Shown here: positions 16,306 to 29,967 of the stretch, piece after piece
Position numbering within the stretch: position 1 is the stretch's first letter
Layout: every line of letters starts with the position of its first letter
NCBI RefSeq assembly: GCF_036321535.1
Contig: NC_087447.1
Coordinates: forward strand, 46,624,001 to 46,688,000
Source of the DNA: Camelus dromedarius
Taxonomy: Eukaryota
DNA: 64,000 bases
Direction of reading: 5' to 3'
The notes under the pieces: model-generated
What the model was told of the DNA's origin: nothing
What the model saw: only the letters and a program-made list of their open reading frames with translations
Databases searched by the model: none
Translations under genes and position numbers: made by a program

Positions 16306-16855
16306 GCCCCAGCACGTGTGTTGTTGGAGGCAGTCAGGTGGGGAGTGGTTCATTAGGGCCAGATTGGGACATACTGAGTGGATTTCTCCTGGCAGTCAAT
16401 ACTGAAGGAAAGAAGTCAGGCAAAGGGAATAGAATGTGCAAAGACTCAAAGATGTGGGCAGGCACGTTGTGTTTAGGGAATTCATTGGTATAGTAGTATG
16501 AGTTTTTAAAAGAAGAAGAAAAGAAGCATTTGTTGAGTGTTTATTTTGAGCCAGGCATTGACAGCAGGCCTTTTACATACATTCTCATCTTCAAAACGAC
16601 AGGATGGAGAGGGTTATTCTACTTTGCCAAAGACAGAACTGAGGCTCAGAAAGGTTAAACTGTTTATTCTCGGGTTGTTCTTCATCTTTATCTGGAAGGC
16701 CTCTTGGAGACAAGGAGCCTTTCGTACACACCTCCGTTTTCCTCCATAGCATCTAGCACGCATTTGTGCACGTGGTAGGCGCTCAAAAAGTTTGTGCTGA
16801 ACGAAAGATACCCTTTCTCAAGTTAGAGCTCCACGCGCGAGGCCGGGGAGCAGAA

Positions 16856-16869
16856 GCACCAGAGGGCGC
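16856..16869 (+). promoter_or_regulatory. Candidate CTCF site in the CpG cluster upstream of RHOG
   Basis: GCACCAGAGGGCGC closely matches the CTCF core CCASYAGRKGGCRS. Confidence 0.55.
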
Positions 16870-17639
16870 CCATGAGTCTGCCCATCCTCCCGGCCCCAGG
16901 GCCCAGGCAGGATTCGGGACTGGGTGCGGCCCTTCAGTCCCAAGCAGTTGCGCGCCCCAGCGAGAAGAGGGGGCGAGGGGAGCCCCATGTCTTCGCTCCG
17001 CCCTGCGCCCTCCTCAGAGCCTGGGCGCGCGGAGCCGCCGGGTGCGGAACAACGACACGACATCCTGTTTTTGGGGCCCGCGGCTCCGCCTGCCTCTCTG
17101 CTGATCTTGTCTTTCCCCGGGTGCTGACGCCAGCTCCCCTTCCCCCCGGTCTCCGCACCCTCCCCAGGGGTCTGAGGCCTTCCTACTGCTGATTCACCAC
17201 CACCCCGTACTCCCCCGGGACTCGGGGCAGGGGTGGGGACTGCCCCAGCCTGACCCATTCTGGCCAACCCCCAGTCTGAGCCATCGCTCGATCCCTGAGA
17301 TTGACTGAAGGCACCAGGCCTAGGCGCGCCTGTTCTCAGCATCTTCCCGCGGGGGTTGGTGGGGGCGAGATACGAGGAGGGGGACAAAAGTCTAGTGCCA
17401 TGGCTAGGACCTCTACTGGGGTGGGGGGTGGCAAGGAGAACGGAAGGACTGACCTTAGGAGGCCTGACCTTAAGAGTCTCAGAGGCAGAGGGTTGGGGTT
17501 GGGGAGCCCAGCACCCGGCCGGGGTCCAGCCTGATGGGGGAGACCGGGGGTGGGGGGCCCGGCCGCCGACTTCCTGGTCGGGCCCCTCCCCGCCCCGGCC
17601 CGCCCCCGCGCCCCGCCCCGCCGGCCGGCCCGCCCCCCC

Positions 17640-17729
17640 CACTTCCTCCGGCCTCCCGCTCTCACTTCCTTCTTGAGCCCTGAGCCGCTGCCGCCGCCCC
17701 CAGCTCCCCCGCGGCGGGGAGGGCGCCAG
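17640..17729 (+). other. RHOG: RHOG non-coding exon 1 (start approximate)
   Basis: Matches the recalled human RHOG 5'UTR; donor CAG|GTGAGG at 17729/17730; matching acceptor tccacag|GTCACT at 28067/28068 gives a 10,338-nt intron. Confidence 0.85.
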
Positions 17730-20700
17730 GTGAGGTCCCTAGCCGGCCCGCGGGCTGGGGGTCCAGGGGTGGGGAGCCCGGCGGGCCTGGGACCGGACGC
17801 GGGCGCGGTCCCGGGAAGTTTGGCTGCGGGAGGCCGCAGCGGGAGGTGCGCGGCTCGCTCCAAGTTGGGCGGGCGCGGCCGACCGGGCGGGGCGGGGACG
17901 GGCCACTGCGAGCCGGCGGCGGCTCGAGGAGGGTGGGTTCCTGCACCGAGGGCGGCTGTACTGGCTCCTGGGAGCCGCGAGGGATCCCTGAGGTCGGAGG
18001 AGCCCCTGCTCCAAGAGAAAAGTCTCTGAGTGGGAGAGCTCAGAGCTGGGAGATGGGGTGCCCTCAGGAGTTGTGGGGGGCTGTTCCGAAGTGTGTTTAG
18101 GGGAGGGGGCCCTAAGGGCTTTAGAAGGCTCTCCCTCTGCTCCGGCAGTTGTGACACTTGTGAGGTTGAGGGAGGGGCGGTGTCTGGCCTTTAAAGCCTT
18201 AGATCGCAGAGAAAGAGTCCTCTGGAAGATCGAGGCCGGTCCAGACCTACGCTCACAGCCTGCAGCCCAAGGGCCCTCTGCACTCAGGAGGAAGATGGGG
18301 GAACCTCGCCGACGACCCCAATACTTTTCTCTGTATGTTTGTTTTTCTGAGGTCCAACCTCTCCATCCCTGAAACAGAGCGACAGGTATTTATTGAGCTC
18401 GCATTGGCTGTGCCTAGCTGACAAGTGCCTGACCTTGCTCTTTGGAGGGGTAAACTGAGGAAGGAAAGGGCCTGGTTTTGCCCTGTGACTAGATGTGGAA
18501 GGACCCTCATTCATAGGTACTGATAGTCCTTGACAAGATGGCATCACTGAGAGCAGGAGATGGAGAGAATCGGGCTTCTGGGAGGCAGCAGAGGTTCTAG
18601 CCTTGGGAAATGGTTGGGAGTCATCTCCTAGTCCCCCGACCCCCATTGTTAGTCCCTGAATTCTAAATGTTCTCATTCTGTCTTCCTCCACAAACCCTAC
18701 GTCACCCTCTTCTCGCATCCTCTTCAGTCTTTTTTCCCCAAGACACACAGTCATGCCTGGGCCTTGACCTCTCGCCTACCCTTCCGCTCTGTCCATCTCT
18801 GTCCTCTCCCTGTGGCCTCCCCTGTCCCTTCCTTGCCCAGCTTCTGGCTCCCGCACACATATTACCCTCTTGATTCTTCCATCTTCCCTTCCTCTTGATT
18901 CCTTTCTCCTTCTTTTTCAGTCACTTATCTCTAGCTTTGCTAGAGGGGCTCAGGATCTTTGCTGAGTTTAAGAACCTTTTCAAACCTCCCTAGTTCAGAG
19001 AGGCAGGCTGCAACCCCCACTGATAGAGATGATGAAAGGGCTAGAAAACCTCTCTGTGTATGCACGTACAAGTGTCTGCGTGTCTACATCTTTATCTTTA
19101 GGAGACAAAATAACTGCCCTCAGCCTTGAGAGGGCTCAAAGCAGGGGAAGCCAGCAGAATGAACAGAATGAAGGGAACCTGCAGTGGGTGAGGTTGCGGT
19201 TAGGCAGGAGGAAGCAGTCTGTAGCAGTCAGGGTATCAGAGTAGAGTGACACAGGAATAGGACTGGTGAGAGAGGCCGTGGGAAATCAGATCACCCAGAC
19301 CCTTGGGTGCTTGATCAAGAGGCCAGGCCTGGAGGCTGCGGGAGAGCCTGAAGGTCCCTGACTCCAGTGCTTACTGGTTCCAGCACTACCTGCCAGGGAG
19401 AATGGGACTGGGTCAGCTAGGTGTGAGGAAGGATTGAGAGGAGTAAAGGCAGGATTATGGAGGGAAGACTACAGCTGGTCTAACTTAAGTCTTAACTGTT
19501 TTAGCTTCAATTCAGGAAAAGAAGAGGGGCATGAGACAAAGATGTCTGCCCTCTCTTTCCTGCTGCCTTCCAGGGCCTTCCCAGGCTAGATACCCGTGTC
19601 CCCTCAACTTCCTCGAGGCCTTGGTGACCAGGAAGCCCTCTGGAGTTCTGCTGACCCCTTTGCCTTCAGGCATCCTCAATAAGCCTGGCTCTATAAGCTG
19701 TTGTCCCCATTCTAGAGCTCCCTCCTCAAGCCTTTGAGATGCATGCTGAGAGATCCTGCTTTTGCCTACCTCCTCAAGTCTACTGTATTTATTTCTCTCC
19801 ACTAGAAAAAAAAAAAAAAAAAGAGAGAAGTGGAGGGAAGCAAGTCTACTTTGTGGGATTCCCAAGCACAGCCAGATTTAAGGACTATCCCCATTCCCCA
19901 TTCTGTCCTCTTCCCTTCTCATGGTTGTCGCTGTCCCATGGATGGTCCCTTCCTCTGCACTCCTGTCTCTCCTGCTCTCATTCTGGGAGGTATAGGGGGT
20001 TTGGCCCCAGGAGGAAATCCCAGGGACCAGCATAAAAATCCCAGCTCAGGGAAGGATATGTATGCAAGGCACTCTCCGAGCATTAGGGCTCAGTAAAAAA
20101 CCACCCAGGAGTCCTGACTCCCTGCCTGCCAAATTAGTACTTATTTTAGATAACTGAGCAACCCATAGGCTCTAAGGGTGAAAATAGGATGGATGAGACA
20201 GAGCTTCTCCCAAGCAAGATCTGGCCCCACTGGAGGTTTGAGCTAATTGCATGAAAGTCACTGCTAGAAAAATGTGACTGGGGTGGGAGGGATCTAAGTG
20301 GGGAAACAGGGGGAGGGAGGGGGGGATGTGCCTGCTATAGGGGACTGCTGCTGAGGTCTTAGCTAAAGAAATATGGTCAAGGTCTTGACGTGAACAGAAC
20401 TGATATGAGATTGTTCGGGTCCTGGCTGAGAATCTAGGATATGGAGGGTTGTTTCTGGCAAGATGTTAGGGCAGATGAGGTGGCTGGTGTGACCTTTTAG
20501 GGGTCATGAACAAGAAGATTTGAAAGGTTGTGGCTGTAGTGAGACAGTGGGAAAGATATTAGAATGCAGGTAGCTGGGCAACTGGGAAGAAATGGGTGCC
20601 CCGGCCCAGACTGAAGACCCCTCCCTGCATACACAGTGCAGACCCACTAGTGGTGAGACTTGTAGGAGTCTGTGAGAAGGGAAACCAAAAACAGAGCCAG

Positions 20701-23700
20701 GGCTGCCTCCCCAGAACAAATGGGTTTTCCTGTCCAGGGTCCAGCTTCCTCTTTTGTCCTCAAGTCATGGGGGGAGGGCATCTCCCCAGGAGCTAGAGCC
20801 AGAGAAGGCACTCCCCAGCTGGGGCAGGCTGTCTGTCTGTCCAGTAATGTCTGTTCTAAATCATATATGCTCGGGTATGCTCTTGGCATGAGGGCCTGGA
20901 AGCAAAAAGAGCTCAGACACCAACCTCGCTCCTTTGGCCCATTTCCCGAAGGGATAAACCATGGTAGGGCCATCCTGAATGAGGTCAGAGGGATAGGCCC
21001 ATTCCCAGGCTGGAGGTCAAGAGACCCAGGTCCTTGTCCTGGATTTGCTCCCAACCCTCTGTGTAACCCTAGTCAATTTTGTCTCTTGTGGCTCAGCTTC
21101 AGCAGTAAAAAGTTGTCTATCAATACCTCAAAGAGCATATAGAATACTGAGAGCTCTGACTCTCCTTCTCCCAAGGGCCCCTCATAGCAGTGCCCTGACT
21201 CTGGGCCCAGCCTTGAACAGTCTCTATGTGTCCAAGGACAAGAACTGTGGTGTGCCCCCTTTCCCCAAAACACAAGAGAAGAAGGCAAAGAGTGGCAGGG
21301 AATTTGCCAGGGGGTGGCAATATGGGGGAGTACCTGGTGCCTGGCTCCAGCTCTGCCCCACTGACAGTGGAAAATAGATACCGGAGTTTCCTCCCTGGTG
21401 TTTTTTTCCCTTGTGGAAACCCCCTCAGGTCTGGGGCGGGCTGAAGGGCCTGGGAGGCCCTGGGTCTCTCTGTGGGTATTTTCAGGTGGCGGAGGCAGGA
21501 TTGGGAGGATGGCATTTCTGTACAGCCTCATGTGAAAAGAGCAAAGGCAAAGGAAGTGCCACTTCACGGGCCTTTTGTGGGGCCCCCCAGACTGCTGAGC
21601 TGCTGGGGCAGGGAGGAGGAAAGGAGGAGGAAGCCAGGGTTGAGCCTTCCTCTGTGCTGCCTGGTGGGGGAGGGGCCTGCCTCCTTAACTGCCGCCAGAG
21701 CTACTCTGGCCCTGGGGCTCACCCTCTATGGAGCACCCCAAGTGCTGGTACATGGAAAGAACAGGGACCGAGTAAAAGGGTCCCAGCCTCCCACAGCCCT
21801 CCCAGCTCCAGCTGTCGTTTGTTTCCTCCTCCTCCCCAGCCCCTAGTGGGCAGTCAGCTCACTCCATCCTACCTGGGGCAGTGCAGGACCCTATGCAGGG
21901 CTGAAGGGTGGAGAATGGCAAGAGGTAGAGAATTCTCCAGTGTGGATTTTTTTTTAAGGCTGGGAACTAGGCTCTCGGGTTCTGTCCCTGCTGATGGGAG
22001 AATGGGAAGAAAGAGCAAGACTCAGCCCTTGGCCTGTTCCCAGCCCCACACTGACCTCATGTCTCTCCCAGCGTCCTCCTCCTAGCACACAGCTGCAGCC
22101 CCTTTGAGCCTCTTTGTACCACCTCTCCTCCTGCCTTCTATTCAAAACAAACAGACTGGCAGAGCTTCTGCAGCTGATCCAACACTGACCCTGACCTTGG
22201 CCTCATTCTTGACCAGTCCTGATAGTCCCAATCCTTATGCCCATCAGGACCACTTTTCCTATCCATTCTCCTCATCACCACTGGGCTGGCTATGCCTGCT
22301 CCGCCCCTCTCACCCTTCCATTTGAGGACAGGGCAATTTAGCCTATGTGTTCGTTAACCCTAAATTGCACTCCTGGTGCAAGGGTGGGTAGGAGGGAAGC
22401 TGGTTACCCTTGTCTGGTGTCTCCTAGGCATGGAGGTGCTTCCTTGTTCCCCGAATCAAAGTCTGGATTGATGGGATAGGAGATGTATGCCTGTCTGCAG
22501 CTTTTGCTTAGCCCTCTATTGGGCTTCTGGAAGTAAGCAGGGCCTCCTCATGAGGCATCCAGTTAGTTCAGCACAATGTAATAACAGTGCTGGGGAAGGT
22601 AGGGCAGAAGAAGGGGTGGCTGTGGTGTCCTGAGTAGCTGGGGAACAGAGCTGGGCCCTGAAGGACTGGAGGCTCTAGGGTGAGGGGCAGGAAGGGTTGA
22701 GAGGAAGCAGAATTCCAGAAAGAGGAACTCCCATGTGCAAAGACGTGAAGGACAGATTGAGTTCATTCAGGTATTTACTGACAGCCACCGTGTGCTGTGC
22801 TCAGCCTAGGGAGACAGGTCAGCCAGGACCTTGCCCCCTAGGCCCTCCCAGTCTATGACCAGAGATAAGATTCAGATCAGCTTCCACGTGACATGTGATA
22901 GAATATACCTGTGAGAGAATCAGGGAGCAGACCTTGGGTAGGATAAGTCCTCTATGACTTGGGTGACTTACAAAAACTTCCCTGGAGGATGTGGCTTGGC
23001 TCTGGAGGACCAATGTAGAAGGATCCTTTGAGGCAGTTGGAGCCTTCTGAGCTGCTGGGTTGGGGGTCAAAGGATGGAAGTGGGGAAGAAATGCTGGATT
23101 CCCACTAGGACAGTGAATACTGCTGTTTCATGTGTTTTGGGGAAGAAAATGTGGAGGCTCCTTGTAGAGAGCATCACGGTTATGTGGCCAGAGCTCAGGA
23201 TCGGAATAACCAGAGTGATGGATTATAGTTAGAATGAGTTTCAGGGAGGGCTGCACAAAGGGGATCCCTCATGTCAGGGAGGCAGGTTTGTAAGTTTCCA
23301 CTGCTTCCACACCCCCCTTCTCTTACAGCCTGTTCCTCCCCTCCCCCACTCCCAATTGGGACACTTCCCCTGCTATAACGGCCACAGAGATCTGGCAATC
23401 AAGCAATCTGCTGCTTCCTTTCCCTCCCCCATTCTGGGCCTGCCTGGGCCACACCCCGAGACCAAGCCCCACTGGGTACAAGCTGGGCTCCAGGGACCAC
23501 ACTCAGACAGGGTGAACCCCCATGGGCTGTGCTCCCCATGGAAGCCAGGTCAGGCCAGTACTGGGAAAAGAGATTTTTGCCTATCCTAGTCAAAGCTTTC
23601 GGCTGCCATTGCTATCTAAAAAGATTCAGCATTGCAGTGTTGGCTGTGGGGTTTAGTCCAGACCGGGCTTCTGACCTGTCTATCGAGATCGCAGTAACAG

Positions 23701-26700
23701 GAACAGAAGCAAGCAGACCAGGAGGCAGTGGTTGCACAGTCCCATTTGCCTAGCCCTATATTCAGCTTTTCTGTGGGGGAGTCGAGAAGCTCAAGCTTCA
23801 GTATTTGGGGAGCAGGGGGCATCCTCAAGCTAAGGCACTCATGTACGACTATTGGAGAAGGAGTCACACAGAGCCAAAGAAGGGTTCAAAGGGTGGCCAT
23901 GCTATGGAAGTTCAAAGGAGAATTCAGTCGCCTCATGGGACCATGAGACTTAAGCCAGGCCTTGAGTCAGGAAGATTTGAGAGGGGAGAGGGAACGGCAG
24001 CAGAGAGAAGAACAAAAGTTCAGGGGCAAGAATGATCCTGGCTTGTTTACACAAGACAGTGAAGACCCCTGGGGGTTGGAAACTCACATTGCAAGGTACC
24101 TGCTTTGTACACATATATTGCACATCAGCACACTTAATCCATGTAACAACCTTATAAAGTTGGTACTGTTACCTAGCTCATAGCACCAGGACTAGGATTT
24201 AATCCCAGGAGTGTCTGACTCCAAAACCCCTGACAGATTATGAAGAACTCTGAGCACCAAGATGAGGGACAGGCAAGATCTGAATTAAGTTGGGAATAGA
24301 AAGCCAGAACAAGTCATTGTCATTTGGCTAATACTATACCAATCGGCAAACAATTTATTTTCTAAATAAAAGTTCTTTTTTTAAAAAAAAAAAAGTGACC
24401 TAGTGAGTAAGTCAAAGTTGATTCCCCAACCCCTCTCCTTGTTTGACCCCCTGCAGCATTGACTGTCCCTTCTTCCTACGTGATACAGGCTAGACCCTAC
24501 GTTTTAGCATGTGCCCTCCTTAAATGAGTTGTAGCAGCTTATTTCACCCAGTTCAAGCCATGGATTTCAGAGAAAAGAGTTGTCCTGGGAGAGAATAAGG
24601 GTCTGAACTAGACCTGAGTAGGGAGGAGTGGACTGACACCACCACTCAGACACCTGCATGCTCAGTGTTTCCTGCCTCTTGGTGTGAAAGGCTTTGTTCT
24701 TGCCACCTCCTGTGTGCACAGCGCTGCCCAATTTCCCAAGCACATTCCTTCCCATGCTCAGGATCCTCACTGCTGTCCTTTGAGGCAGGGAGGGCTAGTT
24801 TTATCACACCTGTTGTGCTGATGAAGAAACTGAGGTTCCAGGAAGGGAAGTGACTTACTTGCTTAAGGTCATAAAGTCAGCCGGTAAAGGGTAACTTGGA
24901 GGCTGTGTGACACATTGAGGAAAACACCAGGCTTTGCATCACAAAACTGGGGTTTGTGTCCTAGCTCCCATGCTAACTGGCTGTGTGACGCAGGGTTTCT
25001 TTTACTGCTCTGCATTTGTTTCCTTATCTGTAAATAGGAATAGTACTGTTAGGTTGTTATAAGGATCAAATAACATAATACCATGTGATCTATACAGGGT
25101 TGTACCATGTGAGGGCTTTTAATCAAAGGGCAGAGTCAGCAGGTGAATGCAGGTCAGATTCAGGTGTCCAGTGCTCTTGGCCCTATAAAACACTGCCTCT
25201 GCCCTGCTTGTTTCTGGACACCATCCCACTCATGATCCTTTTCCGGTGTCAGTCCCTGTTCCCTTGCCAGCCCGGAAGCTACCCTCTCCCTCCCTGCTCC
25301 TTTGAGGGCTGATTTACTGATTGCTGGTTGATAACCCCTCCCTAGAAAGCAGCCTGGAGCCAGCTGTACTTCCAGTCTCTTGGGCCTTGTGACTGCCGGC
25401 CAGAGTTCCCTCCTTGCCTTCCTGCCTGGGCCAGCCCTGTGCTGGGCTTGAGGGGGAAGGGTTCAAGGTCACCCTACCATGCCCACTCCCCTGCTTTGTG
25501 TGGAAGTGCTGAGGTCTCCCAGCTAATACAGTGGACAAGAGTAATGGCACCAACACCCCCACCCCAAGATGCTCTCTCTTCTCCCCAAGGAAGAAGCCAC
25601 AGAATCCTGAGAAGATGAAGGCGCCCTGACTTGCCCCCATGTACCTAGGTCTTGTGCATTTCCTGACTGACTCGGCCCTCCCACTCCACCCCCTGTTCCT
25701 GAGGGCCTTTTCTTTTCCCATCATCCTGTCCCCTGCTCCCAGGGCTCTTAACATCTCATTTCATCCACTTAGTACCCTTGCACAGGCTTTTTTCTCTTCT
25801 TTTCATGGATTGGGAAACTGAGGTCCAGAGAGGGTAAGTGCCTCATGCCTGGTTACGGTGAGTCAGCAGGAGAGCAGAGCTGGGGCTCAGACTTAGGTTA
25901 GGTCCCTTGACTTCTAGTCTAAAGTTCTCTCCACTGCCCTAGAGGGTCCTTACTGTCTTCTTGGACCCATACCCTGAGGCCCTCTATCCTCTTTCCAGAG
26001 GTTGAACACACACACTTATTTATACAAATAAGATGGAAGTATTTTTTAATATGAACCAGAGAGGCAACCTCATAGAATGAACCCCTTTCCCTCCCAGCTG
26101 GTCCCCGGGGAAGTTGGGGCCTGGGAGGGAGCTGGCACCAAGCCATGGGTCCTATGCAGATTCCACACCACCAGAGTTCCTTTTCCTGTTTCCAATGGTG
26201 GATTCCCCTTTCTCCTCCAAATTTGATTTTTGAGGCTTTGGAACCCAATGTTGAGAGGTCAGGCTGGGGGCGGGGGTGAGCGATTATCAGACTAGGGTGC
26301 AGTCTTGCCATGTATGAAGTAAAGTGGGGAAAATGGGCCAGTGGTGATGGTGCTTGGGTGGAGCAGGCAATACTTAAGAGATCTGGGTGTGTCTAAAACA
26401 GGGCTGTCCCCCTTCCAGGGAGCAGTGACCTGGTTGTGAGAGAGTCAGGGAAAGGAAGTCACATACTAGCCAGAAAAAGTCCCCCATGGCTGAGGGGAAG
26501 TAGCCAATTAGAGGAGGACCCTTGCCACGGCAGTATAAATAATCATAGGGTTTCCAGAAGCTCTGTTCTGTTCTAGAACTCGGAAGAGCAGTTCCTCACC
26601 CCGAGGCCCTCTGAGCTGCAGAGGGGACCAGGATGATGGCTGGAGGGGGGACTCCTCTCAAACTTACCCCACAGATAATTACAGCAGCCAGTTCATTTGG

Positions 26701-27622
26701 TACTTCCTATGTGCCACACCTCACACCAAACACTCTTTACATGTTAGCTCATTTCATGATCTGACCAATTCTAACCCAATAGGCAAGATTATCCCTATCT
26801 CACAGATGAGAACATTTGAGGCTCATGAAACTTAAATATGTTGCCTGAGATCATACATGACTAGTTGATTAGAATCCCTGGCTAGTCTGATTCCAGCATG
26901 TGTTCTCAGTGATAGTGCTTTAATGCACCGTGTTCTCTACCCAAGAGTCCGGAAGCCCCTCAAATTCTTCAGAGGCACAGGCCACGGTCTCAGGAAAGGG
27001 ACAAAAGATTGAGGAGAAAACCAAGGTTTTTTTCTTACTCTTTTGTTCAACCCTCTTGGCTGGGTTTAGAGGATCTGCCTTACACCACCTTGAGAGAAGG
27101 TGTGGACGTCTGTGAGCCACAGCTTCTGTCTCATTCATTATTACACACCCAGATTCCAGACCAAATCCCAGCCCTGGCTCAGTCTCCAGTGCTCTCCTGC
27201 ACTGAGTTGCCAGCCTGGGTTTGTGTGGCCAGATAGGGTTTCCCATGCTTCCAAAACTGATGGGGTACGTTCTCCCACCTCTTCCCCATCCCCAGGGCTC
27301 CTGGATTGAGATAGGGCAGCTGTCTGGAGAATTGTGCTCCTCACTCCACAGGTTTCTCATTGAACCTTTTGGTTTGTGCTCAGTAGCCAAACCAAAGATG
27401 ACAGGTTTGGAGTTGAAACAGTGCATTAGGCAGGGTAGCCCTGAGTTGGGAGAGGATCCATCCATGGCTGCATCTCAGAGTGACCTGGGTCAGCTGCCCT
27501 GTGCCAGAAGCCCACTCCAGTCTACTTGGTGGGAGAGGTCCACATCTGATAGAGGATCTGGCAGATCCCTATACTTGTGCACCCTCCTTTTGTGTCTATA
27601 CTTCCTGGAGGAAAAATAAAAG

Positions 27623-27860
27623 TAGCTGATACTTATTGAATGCTTATTATGACTAGGCACTGCTCTAAATGCTTTATGTGTGTTAACTTATGTAATCCTC
27701 ATAATAACCCAATAAAGTAGGTATTATTTTATCCCCATTTTACAGATTACAAAAATGTGGCATAGAGAGGTTAAGTAATTTGCTCAGAGTCATACACTAG
27801 GAGATAGCAAAACCAGATTTTGATCTTAGTCTGGCATCAGAACTTATGTGCTTCACATAA
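27623..27860 (-). mobile_element. MIR SINE, near full length, just upstream of the RHOG exon 2 acceptor
   Basis: atccccattttacagat...agaggttaagtaatttgctcagagtcatac. Confidence 0.8.
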
Positions 27861-28135
27861 TATATTACACATTATAGTGCCAGCCTCCTTATCCCTGAGC
27901 ATCTTTGCTTGTTCTCAGGGCCTCTCTCTCATTGTGTGTCTGTCTCTCTGAGGTCTGTCTTGATGGGACTGCAGGATGGTGGCAGGTGAAGAGTACTGGA
28001 GCTGGTTTCCCTCTGTAGGCCCCATCCTTTCTTCCTAACCAAGAGTGTCCCTCTCATCTGTCCACAGGTCACTGAATCCAGAGGGGTCCAGAAGGGGAAG
28101 GAGGCATTGCCTCCGCTACAGCAGCTTCACCCACG

Positions 28136-28711
28136 ATGCAGAGCATCAAGTGTGTGGTGGTGGGCGATGGGGCTGTGGGCAAGACGTGCCTGCTCATCTG
28201 CTACACAACCAATGCCTTCCCCAAGGAGTACATCCCCACAGTGTTCGACAATTACAGCGCCCAGAGTGCAGTTGACGGGCGCACGGTGAACCTGAACCTG
28301 TGGGACACAGCGGGCCAGGAGGAGTACGACCGCCTCCGCACACTCTCCTACCCTCAGACCAACGTCTTCGTCATCTGCTTCTCCATTGCCAGTCCGCCCT
28401 CCTATGAGAATGTGCGGCACAAGTGGCATCCAGAGGTGTGCCATCACTGCCCCGACGTGCCCATCCTCCTGGTGGGCACCAAGAAGGACCTGAGATCCCA
28501 GCCTGACACCCTCCGGCGCCTCAAGGAGCAGGGCCAGGCGCCCATCACACCGCAGCAGGGCCAGGCGCTGGCCAAGCAGATCCACGCTGTGCGCTACCTC
28601 GAGTGCTCGGCCCTGCAGCAGGACGGCGTCAAGGAAGTGTTTGCGGAGGCTGTCCGGGCTGTGCTCAACCCCACGCCAGTCAAGCGTGGGCGGTCCTGCG
28701 TCCTCTTGTGA
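28136..28711 (+). CDS. RHOG: Rho-related GTP-binding protein RhoG, 191 aa, entire CDS in exon 2
   Basis: [18 protein letters not shown]-loop, effector loop [20 protein letters not shown]-terminal CAAX CVLL; near-identical to human RhoG. Confidence 0.99.
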   Translation: MQSIKCVVVGDGAVGKTCLLICYTTNAFPKEYIPTVFDNYSAQSAVDGRTVNLNLWDTAGQEEYDRLRTLSYPQTNVFVICFSIASPPSYENVRHKWHPEVCHHCPDVPILLVGTKKDLRSQPDTLRRLKEQGQAPITPQQGQALAKQIHAVRYLECSALQQDGVKEVFAEAVRAVLNPTPVKRGRSCVLL

Positions 28712-29259
28712 CCCTGGCACTCAGCTTGGAGGCTGCCCCTGCCCCCCCACCAGTTGTGCCTTTGTGCCTTGGCGCCTTGTCTGCCCCCAGCTGTGCCTTA
28801 AGGACTAATTCTGGCACCCCTTGCCAGGGGGTCCTCGAATGCCTTTCTCTCCTTAAGGAGGCCCACAGGGAAAGAGGCTTTGGGCCCTGCCCTACTCTGC
28901 TTGGGAACACCAGGTATTCTCGAGAGCTCACCCAGGCCAAGGTTGGAACCCTCCCCAAGAAGCCAACCCAGTGCCTCCTCCCCACTTTCCCCTACTGACC
29001 AGTTGATCCAGCTTTCCACACAGATGTTGCTGGCTATTATGGTGCCTTCTCTCAGGTTAGGACCTCTCAGCCATCCCTAACCTCTCCCTTGCTGCTCTTC
29101 AAATTGCTCCCCCCTCAAGATGCTCTCTCCCTTCCCCAAAGAAGGAGCCACAGAATCCTAAGATGAATGTGCCCTAACCTACCCCTATGTGCCCAGGCCT
29201 TATGCATCCGCTGACTGACTCAGCCCTCCTGGGGGGCCTTTCCCACCCCCATCAGCATC

Positions 29260-29265
29260 AATAAA
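29260..29265 (+). terminator. RHOG: RHOG polyadenylation signal (cleavage about 29283)
   Basis: AATAAA about 550 nt after the stop codon, followed by GT-rich sequence. Confidence 0.85.
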
Positions 29266-29961
29266 ACCTCCTGTCTCCAGTGGCCCTGCCTCCTCCCTGT
29301 GTGTTGGGCATTGGGGGTTGGGTAGGGGCGGGGCATGGGCTAGGGCTCCCCAGAGACTGGGCGCCTTTTGTTTCCTGCAAGAGGGGACAGGAGACAATAG
29401 GCTTCATTGTGGTCCCCCCCACCCCCCAATTTCCCTAACAAAGCTCTGGGCTCCCTTGGAGGGGCCAGTCTTGTTCTGGGGCCCAGTGACAGAGTCTGTA
29501 GTACACTGGGATGCAAAGCATGAGGGAAAACTTCCTGATCGAGGGCCCAGAAAGGGAGAGGTTGAAAGCCATCAGCCTGCAGACAGGTGCTCTCACAGTC
29601 ACACATCCAAGAGCTGACCCTTATACTCCCAAGGGGACAAATCTTTACTGACAGAGCCAGGGCTGGAACTCAGGGCTTTGTTTCAACCTAAGACTTCCCC
29701 AGGTATCCCAGCTTCCAGGCCTGGAGTAATTACAGGAATAACTCAGTCACTCCTGCTCATCAAAACTTGAGGCTTGGGCCAGTCTTAGGCGACTGACTAC
29801 TGGTCTAAGGGGGGTGGGAGGATGCCACAGGGATCATACCGTGCCATGGACTTCCCTCCATCCTGGAGCCTGTTCCTCACCTCACTTCCATTAAACAGAC
29901 ACAAGCCTCAAAACAAGAAAGCCTAGCCCAGACTGTTGGCAAAAAAAAAAAAAAAAAAGAA

Positions 29962-29967
29962 TTTATT
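29962..29967 (-). terminator. PGAP2: PGAP2 polyadenylation signal
   Basis: AATAAA on the minus strand about 850 nt after the stop codon, followed by a T18 tract. Confidence 0.75.

Larger units (their letters stand above)
16830..18320. promoter_or_regulatory. RHOG: RHOG CpG-island promoter with GC boxes and ETS/GABP ACTTCC motifs
   Basis: Dense CpG; CCGCCC clusters at 17590-17640; ACTTCC near 17569, 17641 and 17665; GGAAGT near 17814. Confidence 0.85.

Noticed and set aside
16818-18157. Long Pro/Gly/Arg-rich ORFs (274, 273 and 159 aa) around the RHOG promoter
   Set aside because: CpG-island composition depletes stop codons; low complexity with no domain.
25183-26540. TATA-like boxes (25183, about 26534) and ETS motifs in the RHOG intron as an alternative promoter
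   Set aside because: No CpG island or clear downstream donor; motif density is compatible with chance.
28127-28720. 197-aa antisense ORF spanning the whole RHOG CDS
   Set aside because: Starts at GTG; antisense ORFs are common opposite GC3-rich coding sequence; no recognisable protein.
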